Source: a virus (Duplodnaviria > Heunggongvirae > Uroviricota > Caudoviricetes). Taken from it: a DNA stretch of 21,468 bases. Below the pieces are notes generated by a model, which was given only the letters and a program-made list of their open reading frames with translations, was not told the origin of the DNA and made no database searches. Positions 8,146 to 17,125 of the stretch are shown piece after piece. Position 1 is the stretch's first letter, and every line of letters starts with the position of its first letter. Made by a program: the position numbers and the translations under genes. The stretch lies in the IMG/VR virus record IMGVR_UViG_3300029058_000046; one strand, 5' to 3'.

Positions 8146-8913
8146 TTATGCCGCGCTAACACTATGTTCAGTCCTAACCACCCCAACCTTCACAAAAGGG
8201 CTACCGTAGCTTGGTGGCTTCTTGATTAATTTGCCTACATACAGTTTTCTAATATGCTCATCGGCTATTCTGCCAACAAATTCATAACGTTTTGTGTCGG
8301 GGCCAAGAGCTATATCCCTTGTAAAGTACTGCTGAGAACCGGCTTTGACCCAGCATTCAATCTGATAAACTTCCATTATCAGCCCACCATATGTAGCGTA
8401 GGCATATTTGAGATTCTCGTCTCTTGGAACCTTTGCCCATACGCCACGCGTAGCCTCATATAATGCCAGAGCGGACATTCCTGACTTGTAGGTGCTGTTT
8501 AGCAGGAAGGCAAGACCGGCGTGCTCAGGAGCAATTTCAGTTTCCTCTTGCAGCACTAAGTGATGGTAGGCGTCCAGTGATATTCTGCCCATCATGGAAC
8601 CACTTCCTCGTACCTTATTCGTAAGCTCTCCGACCCCCATAAGGTCGATGCATGTCGCCTCAACAAGTTTGGCTGTGGTTTCATCCATACCATGACGAAG
8701 TATATCTATGCCTAATTTTTTATTAGCCAAAAGTTCTTTGATCCGCATGGATTTGGGAGAGTCATCGGGATACTTGATGTGATCGAGACAACGAGTCGAT
8801 TTGCCTTTTCCTATGTAAAACGGTCTTTTCATCTTGTCTTCTGTATCATAGAGACAGTAAACATAGTATTTAGCCTTATCCAATGATCTCGCGTATACCG
8901 ATAAATCGTCCAT
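8146..8913 (-). CDS. GIY-YIG nuclease-domain protein (255 aa) with an unassigned ~160-aa C-terminal domain
   Basis: N-terminal YVYCLYD...RPFYIGKGK...R..H...E pattern matches the GIY-YIG catalytic motif. Only sizeable antisense gene in the partition/replication region. Confidence 0.7.
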   Translation of the reverse strand: MDDLSVYARSLDKAKYYVYCLYDTEDKMKRPFYIGKGKSTRCLDHIKYPDDSPKSMRIKELLANKKLGIDILRHGMDETTAKLVEATCIDLMGVGELTNKVRGSGSMMGRISLDAYHHLVLQEETEIAPEHAGLAFLLNSTYKSGMSALALYEATRGVWAKVPRDENLKYAYATYGGLIMEVYQIECWVKAGSQQYFTRDIALGPDTKRYEFVGRIADEHIRKLYVGKLIKKPPSYGSPFVKVGVVRTEHSVSAA

Positions 8914-9024
8914 TATTGCATCTCTTTGCTACTGACTAATGCGTTCTATTTTACACATAAGTTTTTAATCAATTTAACAGGCTCAAAGTGTAGAGCTTCT
9001 GGGCGTCTAAGACGACAAGTTATG

Positions 9025-9079
9025 CCTGCTTCTGTATATATAAATAATAAGTAACTTATTAAATATATACGGAAGCAGG
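9025..9079. promoter_or_regulatory. ~55-bp AT-rich near-perfect palindrome between the divergent GIY-YIG gene and the replication module; candidate operator or origin element
   Basis: cctgcttctgtatatat ... atatatacggaagcagg: 17-bp arms with one G-T mismatch, around an internally palindromic AT-rich core (aataagtaacttatt). Confidence 0.35.
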
Positions 9080-9195
9080 TCTTTTAAAAGACACCACCAG
9101 AACAACTCCCTTCCGTTTCCACTTCCAAAAACTGCCACCAGTCGCTATCATCCGCTCATTGTGATAAGTAAGTAACTACCTACCAGGTGAGCCAC

Positions 9196-9936
9196 ATGAG
9201 CCAAATCTTTTTCGATACCATCGACAACGACCAGTACGACTTCATGACAGAGTGGAATACCGCTGTTATGGACAAGTGGGTCGCTGAAAACATTGGTTTG
9301 TCGCGCTGTAAAGACGAGGCTGAACTCTTCGAGACGAAGTGGTTTGATTACCGCGACATGCATCCTCTCATGGCCACCTGTCTTTTTACGGAGGCATACA
9401 AACGTCAGTACTCAAATATCATGCTGACGCACGGTCGCGAACACTTTGAAACAGCTCCGTTCACCACCGGGTTAAAACGCCTGCCTTATCAGGAGTTGTC
9501 GACTGCCAATAAAACGTCTCTATGGAAAGCACGCCAGTTTGCTGACCGCTATTGCTGCTCATACGACTACTTTATCTCCACCGTTCTTTCCGCAGCTGCA
9601 CGACGGCTGTGGGACAAGCTGCCGCGCCCACAGCATTTATGGCAGCCAGAGCTGGTTGAGATATTCGAAGAGAAATTAGCCAGACGCGCAACAACCCGTC
9701 TGGATGACTCTCTAGTTAGCTTTAAGCATATGGGAGACATGCAGTTCAACCCGATCCAGGAAAGCTATTTTGAGTGGATTCTGGAGCGTTTACGCACCAT
9801 CCCCCGCAGCAAGCGCATACGCGCAATTTTCTCCGCTATCTGGCTAATGGAAATCGTTCCAGAGCGCCTTATTTCCGCCCACTTTCCAGAAGAACTGGAA
9901 GAAGCACGGCGGTTTATTGATCCCCTATCTAATTAA
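9196..9936 (+). CDS. Hypothetical protein, first gene of the replication module (possible initiator or helicase loader, by position only)
   Basis: AGGTGA RBS 5 nt before the ATG at 9196 (the track's start at 9187 is GTG). Directly precedes the helicase gene. No motif recognised. Confidence 0.55.
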   Translation: MSQIFFDTIDNDQYDFMTEWNTAVMDKWVAENIGLSRCKDEAELFETKWFDYRDMHPLMATCLFTEAYKRQYSNIMLTHGREHFETAPFTTGLKRLPYQELSTANKTSLWKARQFADRYCCSYDYFISTVLSAAARRLWDKLPRPQHLWQPELVEIFEEKLARRATTRLDDSLVSFKHMGDMQFNPIQESYFEWILERLRTIPRSKRIRAIFSAIWLMEIVPERLISAHFPEELEEARRFIDPLSN

Positions 9937-9945
9937 CTAATACTA

Positions 9946-9961
9946 GAAAACAATTTGTTTA
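9946..9961. promoter_or_regulatory. Second copy of the AGAAAACAA(G/T)TTGTTT palindromic motif, upstream of the helicase gene
   Basis: AGAAAACAATTTGTTT, 19 nt before the ATG at 9980; matches the motif at 7016-7031. Confidence 0.3.
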
Positions 9962-9979
9962 AAAAACAAAGGAAAGCAC

Positions 9980-11320
9980 ATGACCGAACTTTGCCATACA
10001 GGACGCGGGCTGTCCGAAGAGTTTGATGAAGATTTCCAGAACAGACTGACGGCATATTTTTGTCGTGATCACGAGTTTCTTACTCGTGCGGGAGATCTGG
10101 TTGTGCCTAGCCAATTTGCCAATGCGGCCAATGCCATATTGGTTAATATGGTTTCGGGCTATTACCGTATGTACAAGAGCGCGCCTTCTTCATCTGCGAT
10201 TCTGGATATGCTTAAGCGTGCGAAACGCGATAAGACCATCCGTGAGGAACTCTTCCCGGATGTTGTTGCTGCGTTTAAGCGCATCCTTGCAGAAAAATTG
10301 TCTGATACCTCGTACATGGTTGACCAGGTATCCACATTCGCAAAAAGTGTAGCGTTTGATGATGCTCTGATTAAAGCTGCTGAACTGAAAGAGAAGGGCG
10401 ACTTTCAGGGGGCGATGGCAATCATGGCCAAGGTTCAGCAGATAGGCTCGAACGAAGCGACCGGAATCTATGACTACTACACCTCCGCAAGTGAGCGATT
10501 GAAAGCGCGTGAATATGAGGCTTCAGAGGAGTATGTGCCAAACAGCATTACAACTGGACTCCCTCTGCTTGATAGATTGCTGTACCAAAAAGGCTGGGCA
10601 AAGCGCGAAATGGTGCTCTTCATGGGTTTTGCTAAATCCGGTAAATCGACCGCAATGGGTGAGTTTTCCATAAACGCTACGCTTGCTGGCTACAATGTTC
10701 TGTATCTCTCGCTGGAGGTTCACACCACCATTTTGTCCGACCGTTTTGATGCAAGATTGTCGGAGACGGAAATGTCCAAGCTGGTGGAACGGCGCGATGA
10801 AGTTCATCGCAAGTTGGCAGAGTTGGGAGCCACGAAGGGGATTGGTAGTTTGTGGGTTGTTGAGCGTCCGTCAGGAAGTATGTCACCGGCAGATCTGGAC
10901 CGTATGCTTAACAGTATGAAAGCCAATGGCATGGTGCCTGACATGGTTGTTGTCGACTACGCAGATTTGATGCGTGCCAGTTATGACCTTCGTGATGATC
11001 GCGCCAACATTCGTAGTATCTACACCGATTTACGTGCTCTTTATGACAAGCATAACGTTGCTGGTATCACGGCGTCGCAAACAAACCGTGAAGGTGGCGC
11101 GTCAGAAGTTGCCACAATGATGCACGCTGCCGACAACATCGAAAAAGTACGTATTGCTGACCTGGTAATAACGATCAACAAAACCGAAGAAGAAGAAGCG
11201 AAAGGAGAGGCTCGTCTCTACTTTGCTGGTTCGCGTAACCAGCAGGGAGGGATCAGCATTCGCGTTAAACAAAACCTCGAACAAATGCGCTTCATTGAGC
11301 GAATCTTAGACGTTACCTAA
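9980..11320 (+). CDS. DnaB-family replicative DNA helicase
   Basis: Walker A GFAKSGKST, SLE motif (LYLSLEV), Walker B-like VVVDYADLM and SQTNRE motif, in the order typical of DnaB/T7 gp4-type RecA-fold helicases. AAGGA RBS upstream. Confidence 0.85.
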   Translation: MTELCHTGRGLSEEFDEDFQNRLTAYFCRDHEFLTRAGDLVVPSQFANAANAILVNMVSGYYRMYKSAPSSSAILDMLKRAKRDKTIREELFPDVVAAFKRILAEKLSDTSYMVDQVSTFAKSVAFDDALIKAAELKEKGDFQGAMAIMAKVQQIGSNEATGIYDYYTSASERLKAREYEASEEYVPNSITTGLPLLDRLLYQKGWAKREMVLFMGFAKSGKSTAMGEFSINATLAGYNVLYLSLEVHTTILSDRFDARLSETEMSKLVERRDEVHRKLAELGATKGIGSLWVVERPSGSMSPADLDRMLNSMKANGMVPDMVVVDYADLMRASYDLRDDRANIRSIYTDLRALYDKHNVAGITASQTNREGGASEVATMMHAADNIEKVRIADLVITINKTEEEEAKGEARLYFAGSRNQQGGISIRVKQNLEQMRFIERILDVT

Positions 11321-11327
11321 AAAATAA

Positions 11328-11348
11328 GCGTGGAGAACACCTCCACGC
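11328..11348 (+). other. Perfect 8-bp hairpin (gcgtggag-aacac-ctccacgc) between the helicase stop and the primase gene
   Basis: Inverted repeat read directly. It contains the GTG that the ORF track uses as the primase start (11330), so that start is unlikely to be real. No U-tract. Confidence 0.35.
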
Positions 11349-11401
11349 TTGATTCATTGGTGAAACAACTTTTCTTTTGCCAAACCACAAAAGAAAAACA
11401 C

Positions 11402-12583
11402 ATGAGCCTTTATGTTATATCAACATTTAGGTTGGTCACAATATTGCCTGTTAAAAGTGGAATTATCGTGAGCGAGCTGAAAGAGCTAATTACCGAATTA
11501 GATTTTGAACAATGGTTGGATACTGAAGGTATCGTTTATCGACGTGGAGGCGTGAGTACTCGCGGTCGTGAAGTGAATATCAAGGAGTGTCCGGTATGCG
11601 GCAGCTCCAACTGGAAGGTATATTTCAATCTGACCAGTGGCGTCGGTAAATGCTTCGCTGGTGATCATCCCGAAGAGATTCAGTTCAATAAGCTGGTCTT
11701 CCTCAAGCACTACAGCGGTAAATCACGACGACAGTTCGAGGAATATGTGCAGAACGCTCTTCTTTCCCAGGGGTGGGCACCAAAGAAAGAAGAGATAGTG
11801 CTTGCAAGCACAGTCGAGTTAGAGGGACCAGTTGCACTCCCTCGTCATTACGATCTTCCTATAGATGGCCATCTTCCAGACTATCTGGTTGAACGAAATA
11901 TATCGCCTGAAATGGCAAAGTATTTTGACCTACGATACTGCGTCGAAGGCAAGCACGCTTATGTAGATCCGTATACAGATCAGGTTAAAGGACAGATTTT
12001 CGATATGCGAATACTGATACCGGTTTACGATCTGGATGGGGTAATGAAGACATTTCAAGGACGAGACATTACCGGTACAGCAGAACGCCGCTACCTCTTT
12101 CCTATGCAGCTTCCAGCTTCAGGTAAGTTTCTCTACAACGGCCACAATGCAGTCGGCAAACAGACTGTAGTTGTCTGTGAGGGGGCGTTCGATGTTATGG
12201 GGGTCAAACGAGCTATTTTTGACGAAGAAACATTACGCGATTACGTGGAACCAATAGGAACGTTCGGGATGCATCTATCTGGTAACACCACTCAGGATGC
12301 AGAAGATCAGTTGGGCGCGTTCCTGACGCTCAAGGCGCGTGGATTACGTAATGTGATCATGATGTGGGATAGTGAAAAGCAAGCTATACGAAACACTATG
12401 GCCGCAGCCAGGCGACTGACCAGTATCGGTCTTAATGTGAAAATTGCATGTTTGGGCGAGGAAGGACTCGACCCCGGCGATGCGACCCCGGGGCAGATTA
12501 TCAAAGCCTACTATTGCGCAAAACCTTACTCACGACAGCTTGAACTTTTAAGCAAGGTAAAAGGCATAGCAGCATTAGTTTGA
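11402..12583 (+). CDS. DNA primase (zinc-ribbon plus TOPRIM domain)
   Basis: Zinc-binding motif CPVCGSS...GKCFAGDH and TOPRIM-like acidic motifs (VVVCEGAFDVMGV, EEGLDPGD). Start uncertain: ATG 11402 or GTG 11468; 11330 sits inside a hairpin. Confidence 0.75.
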   Translation: MSLYVISTFRLVTILPVKSGIIVSELKELITELDFEQWLDTEGIVYRRGGVSTRGREVNIKECPVCGSSNWKVYFNLTSGVGKCFAGDHPEEIQFNKLVFLKHYSGKSRRQFEEYVQNALLSQGWAPKKEEIVLASTVELEGPVALPRHYDLPIDGHLPDYLVERNISPEMAKYFDLRYCVEGKHAYVDPYTDQVKGQIFDMRILIPVYDLDGVMKTFQGRDITGTAERRYLFPMQLPASGKFLYNGHNAVGKQTVVVCEGAFDVMGVKRAIFDEETLRDYVEPIGTFGMHLSGNTTQDAEDQLGAFLTLKARGLRNVIMMWDSEKQAIRNTMAAARRLTSIGLNVKIACLGEEGLDPGDATPGQIIKAYYCAKPYSRQLELLSKVKGIAALV

Positions 12584-13720
12584 ACCAGTATTAGTCACGT
12601 ACACATTGACCGAAAATGATTTAACTTCTGTGTTGAAGTTGTCAGTCATTACCGCGAGGTAGGCATTCTTGGTATCTCTGAATTGCTTCAGTATGATTTG
12701 AACGTTATCGGTGCAAACAAACGAGGTAGCCAGATTGCCTCCTTTCTCTGAAAAATCCTTCAGGAAGGTGCAGTCAACTTTGCCATCATTAGCGGTGAAG
12801 GTAGCATCATCACCCTGCCAGGTAAATGTAGCGTTAACGCCCTTATCAATGGATTTAGCAATAAGTCGCTGGGTGGCGGATTTTGTTTTGGCTTTGGAAG
12901 CCGGCGCTCGATATTTGCCGCTTTCTTTCAGTTCTGCAATGTAATCACAGCCATTTTTATCTTCTTTATCACAAGCAGCCTGATAAAGCTCAGCTGCTTT
13001 TTTATAGTCTTTTTTAACCCCTTCACCATACTCATACATAATGCCAAGATTTGTCATGGCATCGGCGTTTCCGAGTTCAGCAGCTTTTTTATACCACTTA
13101 ATTGCTTCGGCATCGTTGCGTTTAACACCTAAACCGTCATCGTATAAGGTGCCTAATGCGAACATGCCATCTGAACTACCTTGATCCGCCGCTTTTTTGT
13201 AATAAGTAAAAGCTTTTTTATAACTCTTTTGTACACCTTTACCATATTGGTAATACGCACCAAGAAGGTAGCTAGCTTTAACATACCCGGCATCAGAGGC
13301 TAGTTTGAAGTATTTAATGGCGAGCGCATGATCTACTTTACCAAGCATCCCCTTTTGATAAATAGCACCAAGATTGTTATAGGCTCTACCTTCACGAGCA
13401 TCTCCCGCAAGTTTGTAGTACTCAACTGCTTTATTTAAGTCTTTATCTACACCCTCGCCAAATGTGTACATAACCCCAAGTGCATAATATGCTACTTTGT
13501 CTCCCTTTTCTGCAGCGAGATCAATCCACTTCTTGGCCTCAACTACATCCTTATCAAAACCATTGATACCATCAAAATAATTTGTCCCTAACTCACTTTG
13601 TGCTGCGGTATCCCCTGCGGTAGCGGCTTCTATCAGCGTTTGTTTATTGTCTGCGTTAACGAATCCAGAGCTAAAAAGCAAAGTTAATGCCAGCAACGAT
13701 GAAGATTTTATGTATTTCAT
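12575..13720 (-). CDS. Secreted Sel1-like repeat protein with a ~130-aa non-repeat Cys-containing C-terminal domain
   Basis: Sec signal peptide MKYIKSSSLLALTLLFSSGFVNA/DN, then at least six ~36-aa repeats of the form A..YY..G.MY..GEGV.KD..KA..WYKKAA typical of Sel1 repeats. 3' end overlaps the primase 3' end by 9 bp. Start taken at the ATG for MKYIK; the track's TTG at 13765 is less likely. Confidence 0.75.
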   Translation of the reverse strand: MKYIKSSSLLALTLLFSSGFVNADNKQTLIEAATAGDTAAQSELGTNYFDGINGFDKDVVEAKKWIDLAAEKGDKVAYYALGVMYTFGEGVDKDLNKAVEYYKLAGDAREGRAYNNLGAIYQKGMLGKVDHALAIKYFKLASDAGYVKASYLLGAYYQYGKGVQKSYKKAFTYYKKAADQGSSDGMFALGTLYDDGLGVKRNDAEAIKWYKKAAELGNADAMTNLGIMYEYGEGVKKDYKKAAELYQAACDKEDKNGCDYIAELKESGKYRAPASKAKTKSATQRLIAKSIDKGVNATFTWQGDDATFTANDGKVDCTFLKDFSEKGGNLATSFVCTDNVQIILKQFRDTKNAYLAVMTDNFNTEVKSFSVNVYVTNTGSN

Positions 13721-13953
13721 ATTTTTTGTTCTGTTGATATAGGATGAACAGTTTAGACGCGGCAAGTGTCAAGTGTGCGAAAAATGGTACTTAAATTTAG
13801 TTAATATGTCAGCTTTGTTGATTTAGTTTATGGTCGGTAAAGTTACTAGGAAACTAATAACCATAAGAAATAGTACGCCATTTAATTATTGTGGCACTGC
13901 TCGTGTTTTGATTAACTAATACCTGCGATAAATATAAATAAAGGGAAGCCAAC

Positions 13954-14367
13954 ATGAGCAAAAATAAGCTGATTTTAACAGGAGCTTTATTGTCTTTGTT
14001 TGCTTTAGTGGGGTGTAAGCCTACAGACGAGAAGGCTATTGCTCTGGGCCAACAAGCAATTGCGGATGATATGAAAGATCCCACGTCGGTGATGTTTAGG
14101 AAAGATAAGTTTGTCAGGACTGATCATGACGATGGGAGTGTGACAGGCTTTGTGTGCGGAGAATTGAACGCCAAAAATGGCTTTGGTGCATACGTGGGCT
14201 ATCACTCATATGTTGTTGAACTCGAAATGAAGCCAAAGGGCATGTTTTCGAAAGGGGTGGTATACAAAATCCTATCGAAGTCGTTGGCACCTAATGATCC
14301 TCATGACTTACAGCGTTATAAGCAGGTCTACAGAAAGATGTGCAACAGTGAGGCTGTAGCTCATTAA
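13954..14367 (+). CDS. Lipoprotein (137 aa precursor), divergent from the Sel1-repeat gene
   Basis: Signal peptide with lipobox L-V-G-C (MSKNKLILTGALLSLFALVGCKP). AAGGGAAG RBS upstream. Confidence 0.65.
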   Translation: MSKNKLILTGALLSLFALVGCKPTDEKAIALGQQAIADDMKDPTSVMFRKDKFVRTDHDDGSVTGFVCGELNAKNGFGAYVGYHSYVVELEMKPKGMFSKGVVYKILSKSLAPNDPHDLQRYKQVYRKMCNSEAVAH

Positions 14368-14373
14368 TGGTGA

Positions 14374-14400
14374 ATGCCGGGCAGACTATAAGCCCGGCAT
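14374..14400 (+). terminator. Stem-loop after the lipoprotein gene (9-bp stem atgccgggc/gcccggcat); candidate terminator
   Basis: Perfect inverted repeat 7 nt after the stop codon; weak U-tract. Confidence 0.4.
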
Positions 14401-14492
14401 CTTCGTATAGGGAACTATTGCGCCTAAAATGATAAGTAGATACATACTTAGTTTTTTGTAAGAATACTTTCATCTGTTAGCTAGGAGTTGGT

Positions 14493-15269
14493 ATGAAAGA
14501 CGAAATTCAGAAATTGGCCTGTGACATCATTGATAAAACAGGTTTAGAAATCAGCGAGGGCAGTCGACTAGACATCATTGGAAAGGCCGTCAATACAGCA
14601 ATGAATCATATCGCTGCTCGTATGGACGAGATCCCGCTACCAGGGTTGCCTTATCTGAAGGTTGAGTTACACGTATGGGGCGAACCTTCTTGTGCACGGC
14701 GTTCTGCATTAGTTGTTTTTATTAGCAAAGAAAACCCGCTCAGTCTTAAAGTGCAGGTTGGAGCATGGCTTGATGGCAGAGTGATCTACACAAATACCGT
14801 TTTTTGTCTTTCAAACGACGAAACTATTGAAGCGGCCATTCAAGAAGCAGTTCTAGCAATGCGCAGCAGCGGTTTGATGAAGAATAACTACGAAGAGTAC
14901 TTGCGTTCGATAAGTGGTGAAAAGACATTATCTCTGAAAGCAGATTTCGTTACCCCGAAAAATCTGTTGGAAGTTTTGATTAATAAAGGGGCTAATAGTG
15001 CCGTAAATGTAATCAGAGAGAGTGAATACGCGTCTCTTTGGGATATGTGCAAAAGCCAGTTGGATCTTGTGCATATCGTTGTTGATGCGGGGAAGGCTTG
15101 TGATGGCGTAATGGCGGAATTTGCTGGGAAGATGGTCAGGATTGCTAACGAATTACCGATGATTAAGCAAGAGGCTAAATCATACGCCACCAATCATGTC
15201 ACAGAGCTTCTTGCCCCTTATCGCTTAGAAAGCGATCAGCGCAAGATGATTAGCTGGGGAAGTTGGTAA
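14493..15269 (+). CDS. Hypothetical protein (258 aa)
   Basis: ATG preceded by AGGAG-like RBS (ctaggagttggtATG). No recognisable motif. Confidence 0.55.
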   Translation: MKDEIQKLACDIIDKTGLEISEGSRLDIIGKAVNTAMNHIAARMDEIPLPGLPYLKVELHVWGEPSCARRSALVVFISKENPLSLKVQVGAWLDGRVIYTNTVFCLSNDETIEAAIQEAVLAMRSSGLMKNNYEEYLRSISGEKTLSLKADFVTPKNLLEVLINKGANSAVNVIRESEYASLWDMCKSQLDLVHIVVDAGKACDGVMAEFAGKMVRIANELPMIKQEAKSYATNHVTELLAPYRLESDQRKMISWGSW

Positions 15270-15335
15270 GCTCTCTGTGTGTCGTTTTTACGCAAATAAT
15301 GATAGGTAAGCACAAGATTATTTCTGGCGGTAATT

Positions 15336-15806
15336 GTGAAAGCTGATTTGTCAAAAATCCCTTCTATTTCAGGAAATAACGGTTATTCACTTCGTTGTGA
15401 GGAAGTAAAGATAAACGGTGAGTCGACATATTGCAGCTATTCCGTTTGCCAGCACACCATTCTTGCCTTCAAAGAAAACCGTCTTCCTCGAACTTCTTTC
15501 CAGTCGTGCGCAACCGCTATTAAAGCAGGCAAATGCAAGGCGTTAAAAATGATGGTTGAAGAGATTCGTAAAGGAGAATCTCTGTATTTCGAAGATATGA
15601 CCGCGCTCATTAAGGAGGTTGAAGAACGGAATAAACAAGCCAGAACTATAAAACGAAAACGTGACAGTGTAACGATTAATAGCATGGTTAAGAAGAGCAC
15701 CACATCACAAACAGCGATCACTGACGTGTATGCGGCGTTGCTTGAAGAAACAACAAAAGAAACACATGAGCAAATCGATCAACATATGGAGGTAAAACAA
15801 CAATGA
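15336..15806 (+). CDS. Hypothetical protein with Cys-rich N-terminal region and basic C-terminal tail; stop overlaps the ligase start
   Basis: ORF track start is GTG at 15336 and the first in-frame ATG is far downstream, so the start is uncertain. Cys pattern C..C...C....C..C may bind metal. Confidence 0.45.
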   Translation: MKADLSKIPSISGNNGYSLRCEEVKINGESTYCSYSVCQHTILAFKENRLPRTSFQSCATAIKAGKCKALKMMVEEIRKGESLYFEDMTALIKEVEERNKQARTIKRKRDSVTINSMVKKSTTSQTAITDVYAALLEETTKETHEQIDQHMEVKQQ

Positions 15807-17125
15807 AAAAGTTGATCGCACTTAAGCATAAGCTGGACGAAATGAAAGCTATGGGAACCAATGCAAAAAAAGAGGCATTGGCCAACATGGATGACTTCGA
15901 GCAAAGCATGGTTTCATTGATGCTCAACCCTTTCATCCGTTTTGGGGTAAAAAAATACAAAGTGGCAGAGCCGCTTAGTGAGTCCGTCCCAAGTGACGAA
16001 AAAGCCATTGATATACTGAATAAGCTGGCCTCTCGCGAGCTGACGGGGAACGCAGCAATAGTTGCTGTTGAGTCTATCGTGGCGTCAATGTGCGCCGATG
16101 GGCAGGACGTCTTCCGTCGTTTCCTCTTAAAAGATCCGAAAGCTGGCGTTGGGATTAGCCTATGTAACAAGGTTTTTGAAAATCCCATTCCGAAATTCGA
16201 GGTGCAGCTGGCGTCACCGTATAAAGAAAAAGGCGACAAATACCCCTTCAAGCCAAACCCTAAAGCAAAATGGCCGATGATTGGCAGCCTTAAGCTCGAT
16301 GGTTTGCGAGTAATTTGCGAGGTTATTGTTGACGAAGAAGAGGTTAACTTCCTTTCTCGTACTGGTAATCCAATCACGTCTCTCGATCACCTAAAGCCAG
16401 CCATGCTCGAATTAGGCAAACTTTCAGGCCACAAACACATCTTCTTCGATGGTGAAGGCACAGCCGGTTCATTTAACCAGTCCGTATCTGCATTGCGCAA
16501 AAAGAACGTGCAGGCAATTGGCGCTATTTATCATGTTTTCGACTTCTTCCTACCGGAATGGCGAGCACAGGCTAAATCCAAAGAGTATGCAAAGACAGGT
16601 ATGAAGCTGAAAGAGCGCCTGGCTATGCTCGTGGCGTTGTTCAAAAACGATCGCAGTGAAGGCTACGCACAAGACATTCACCTGCATCCGTTCTACATCA
16701 TCCATAGCCACGAAGACTTCATCGAACGCTTCATGAAACGCCTGGACGATAACGAAGAAGGGGAGATGGGCAAAGATCCGAACTCTGTTTACGAATTTAA
16801 ACGTACCCGCAGCTGGTGGAAGTTAAAAGACGAAGATTCAGAAGATGGTGAAATTATCGATTTTGAGCCGGGCGACCCGGACTCTGGTTTTGCCAACACG
16901 CTTGGAAAAATTGTTATTCGTCTTGAAAACGGCGTCATCGTTCGTGCGAGCGGCATTAAGCATAAATATCTGGACGAGATCTGGAACAACAAAGAGAAGT
17001 ACCGTGGTCGTATTGTCGAGGTTCATTGTCACGAGAAAACACCTGATGGCAGCTTACGCCACCCACGACTGAAATGGCCGCGTTGCTTACGCGATACAGA
17101 AGATCGAATCGGAGATAAAGAATGA
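15803..17125 (+). CDS. ATP-dependent DNA ligase
   Basis: Adenylation motif I KLDGLR (in IGSLKLDGLRVI), motif III-like FFDGEG, motif V-like WWKLK. GGAGG RBS 10 nt upstream. Confidence 0.85.
   Translation: MKKLIALKHKLDEMKAMGTNAKKEALANMDDFEQSMVSLMLNPFIRFGVKKYKVAEPLSESVPSDEKAIDILNKLASRELTGNAAIVAVESIVASMCADGQDVFRRFLLKDPKAGVGISLCNKVFENPIPKFEVQLASPYKEKGDKYPFKPNPKAKWPMIGSLKLDGLRVICEVIVDEEEVNFLSRTGNPITSLDHLKPAMLELGKLSGHKHIFFDGEGTAGSFNQSVSALRKKNVQAIGAIYHVFDFFLPEWRAQAKSKEYAKTGMKLKERLAMLVALFKNDRSEGYAQDIHLHPFYIIHSHEDFIERFMKRLDDNEEGEMGKDPNSVYEFKRTRSWWKLKDEDSEDGEIIDFEPGDPDSGFANTLGKIVIRLENGVIVRASGIKHKYLDEIWNNKEKYRGRIVEVHCHEKTPDGSLRHPRLKWPRCLRDTEDRIGDKE

Noticed and set aside
11330-11401. ORF-track start of the primase at 11330 (GTG) and the helicase-embedded ORFs 10065-10352, 10523-10807, 10683-10919
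   Set aside because: The 11330 start lies inside a perfect hairpin with no RBS; the embedded ORFs are out of frame or antisense within the helicase gene.
9046-13940. TATAAATA sequences (9046-9053, 13932-13939) as T4-type late promoters
   Set aside because: The region is AT-rich, so such octamers are expected by chance; the one at 13932 is too close to the start codon, and there is no other sign of T4-like late transcription.
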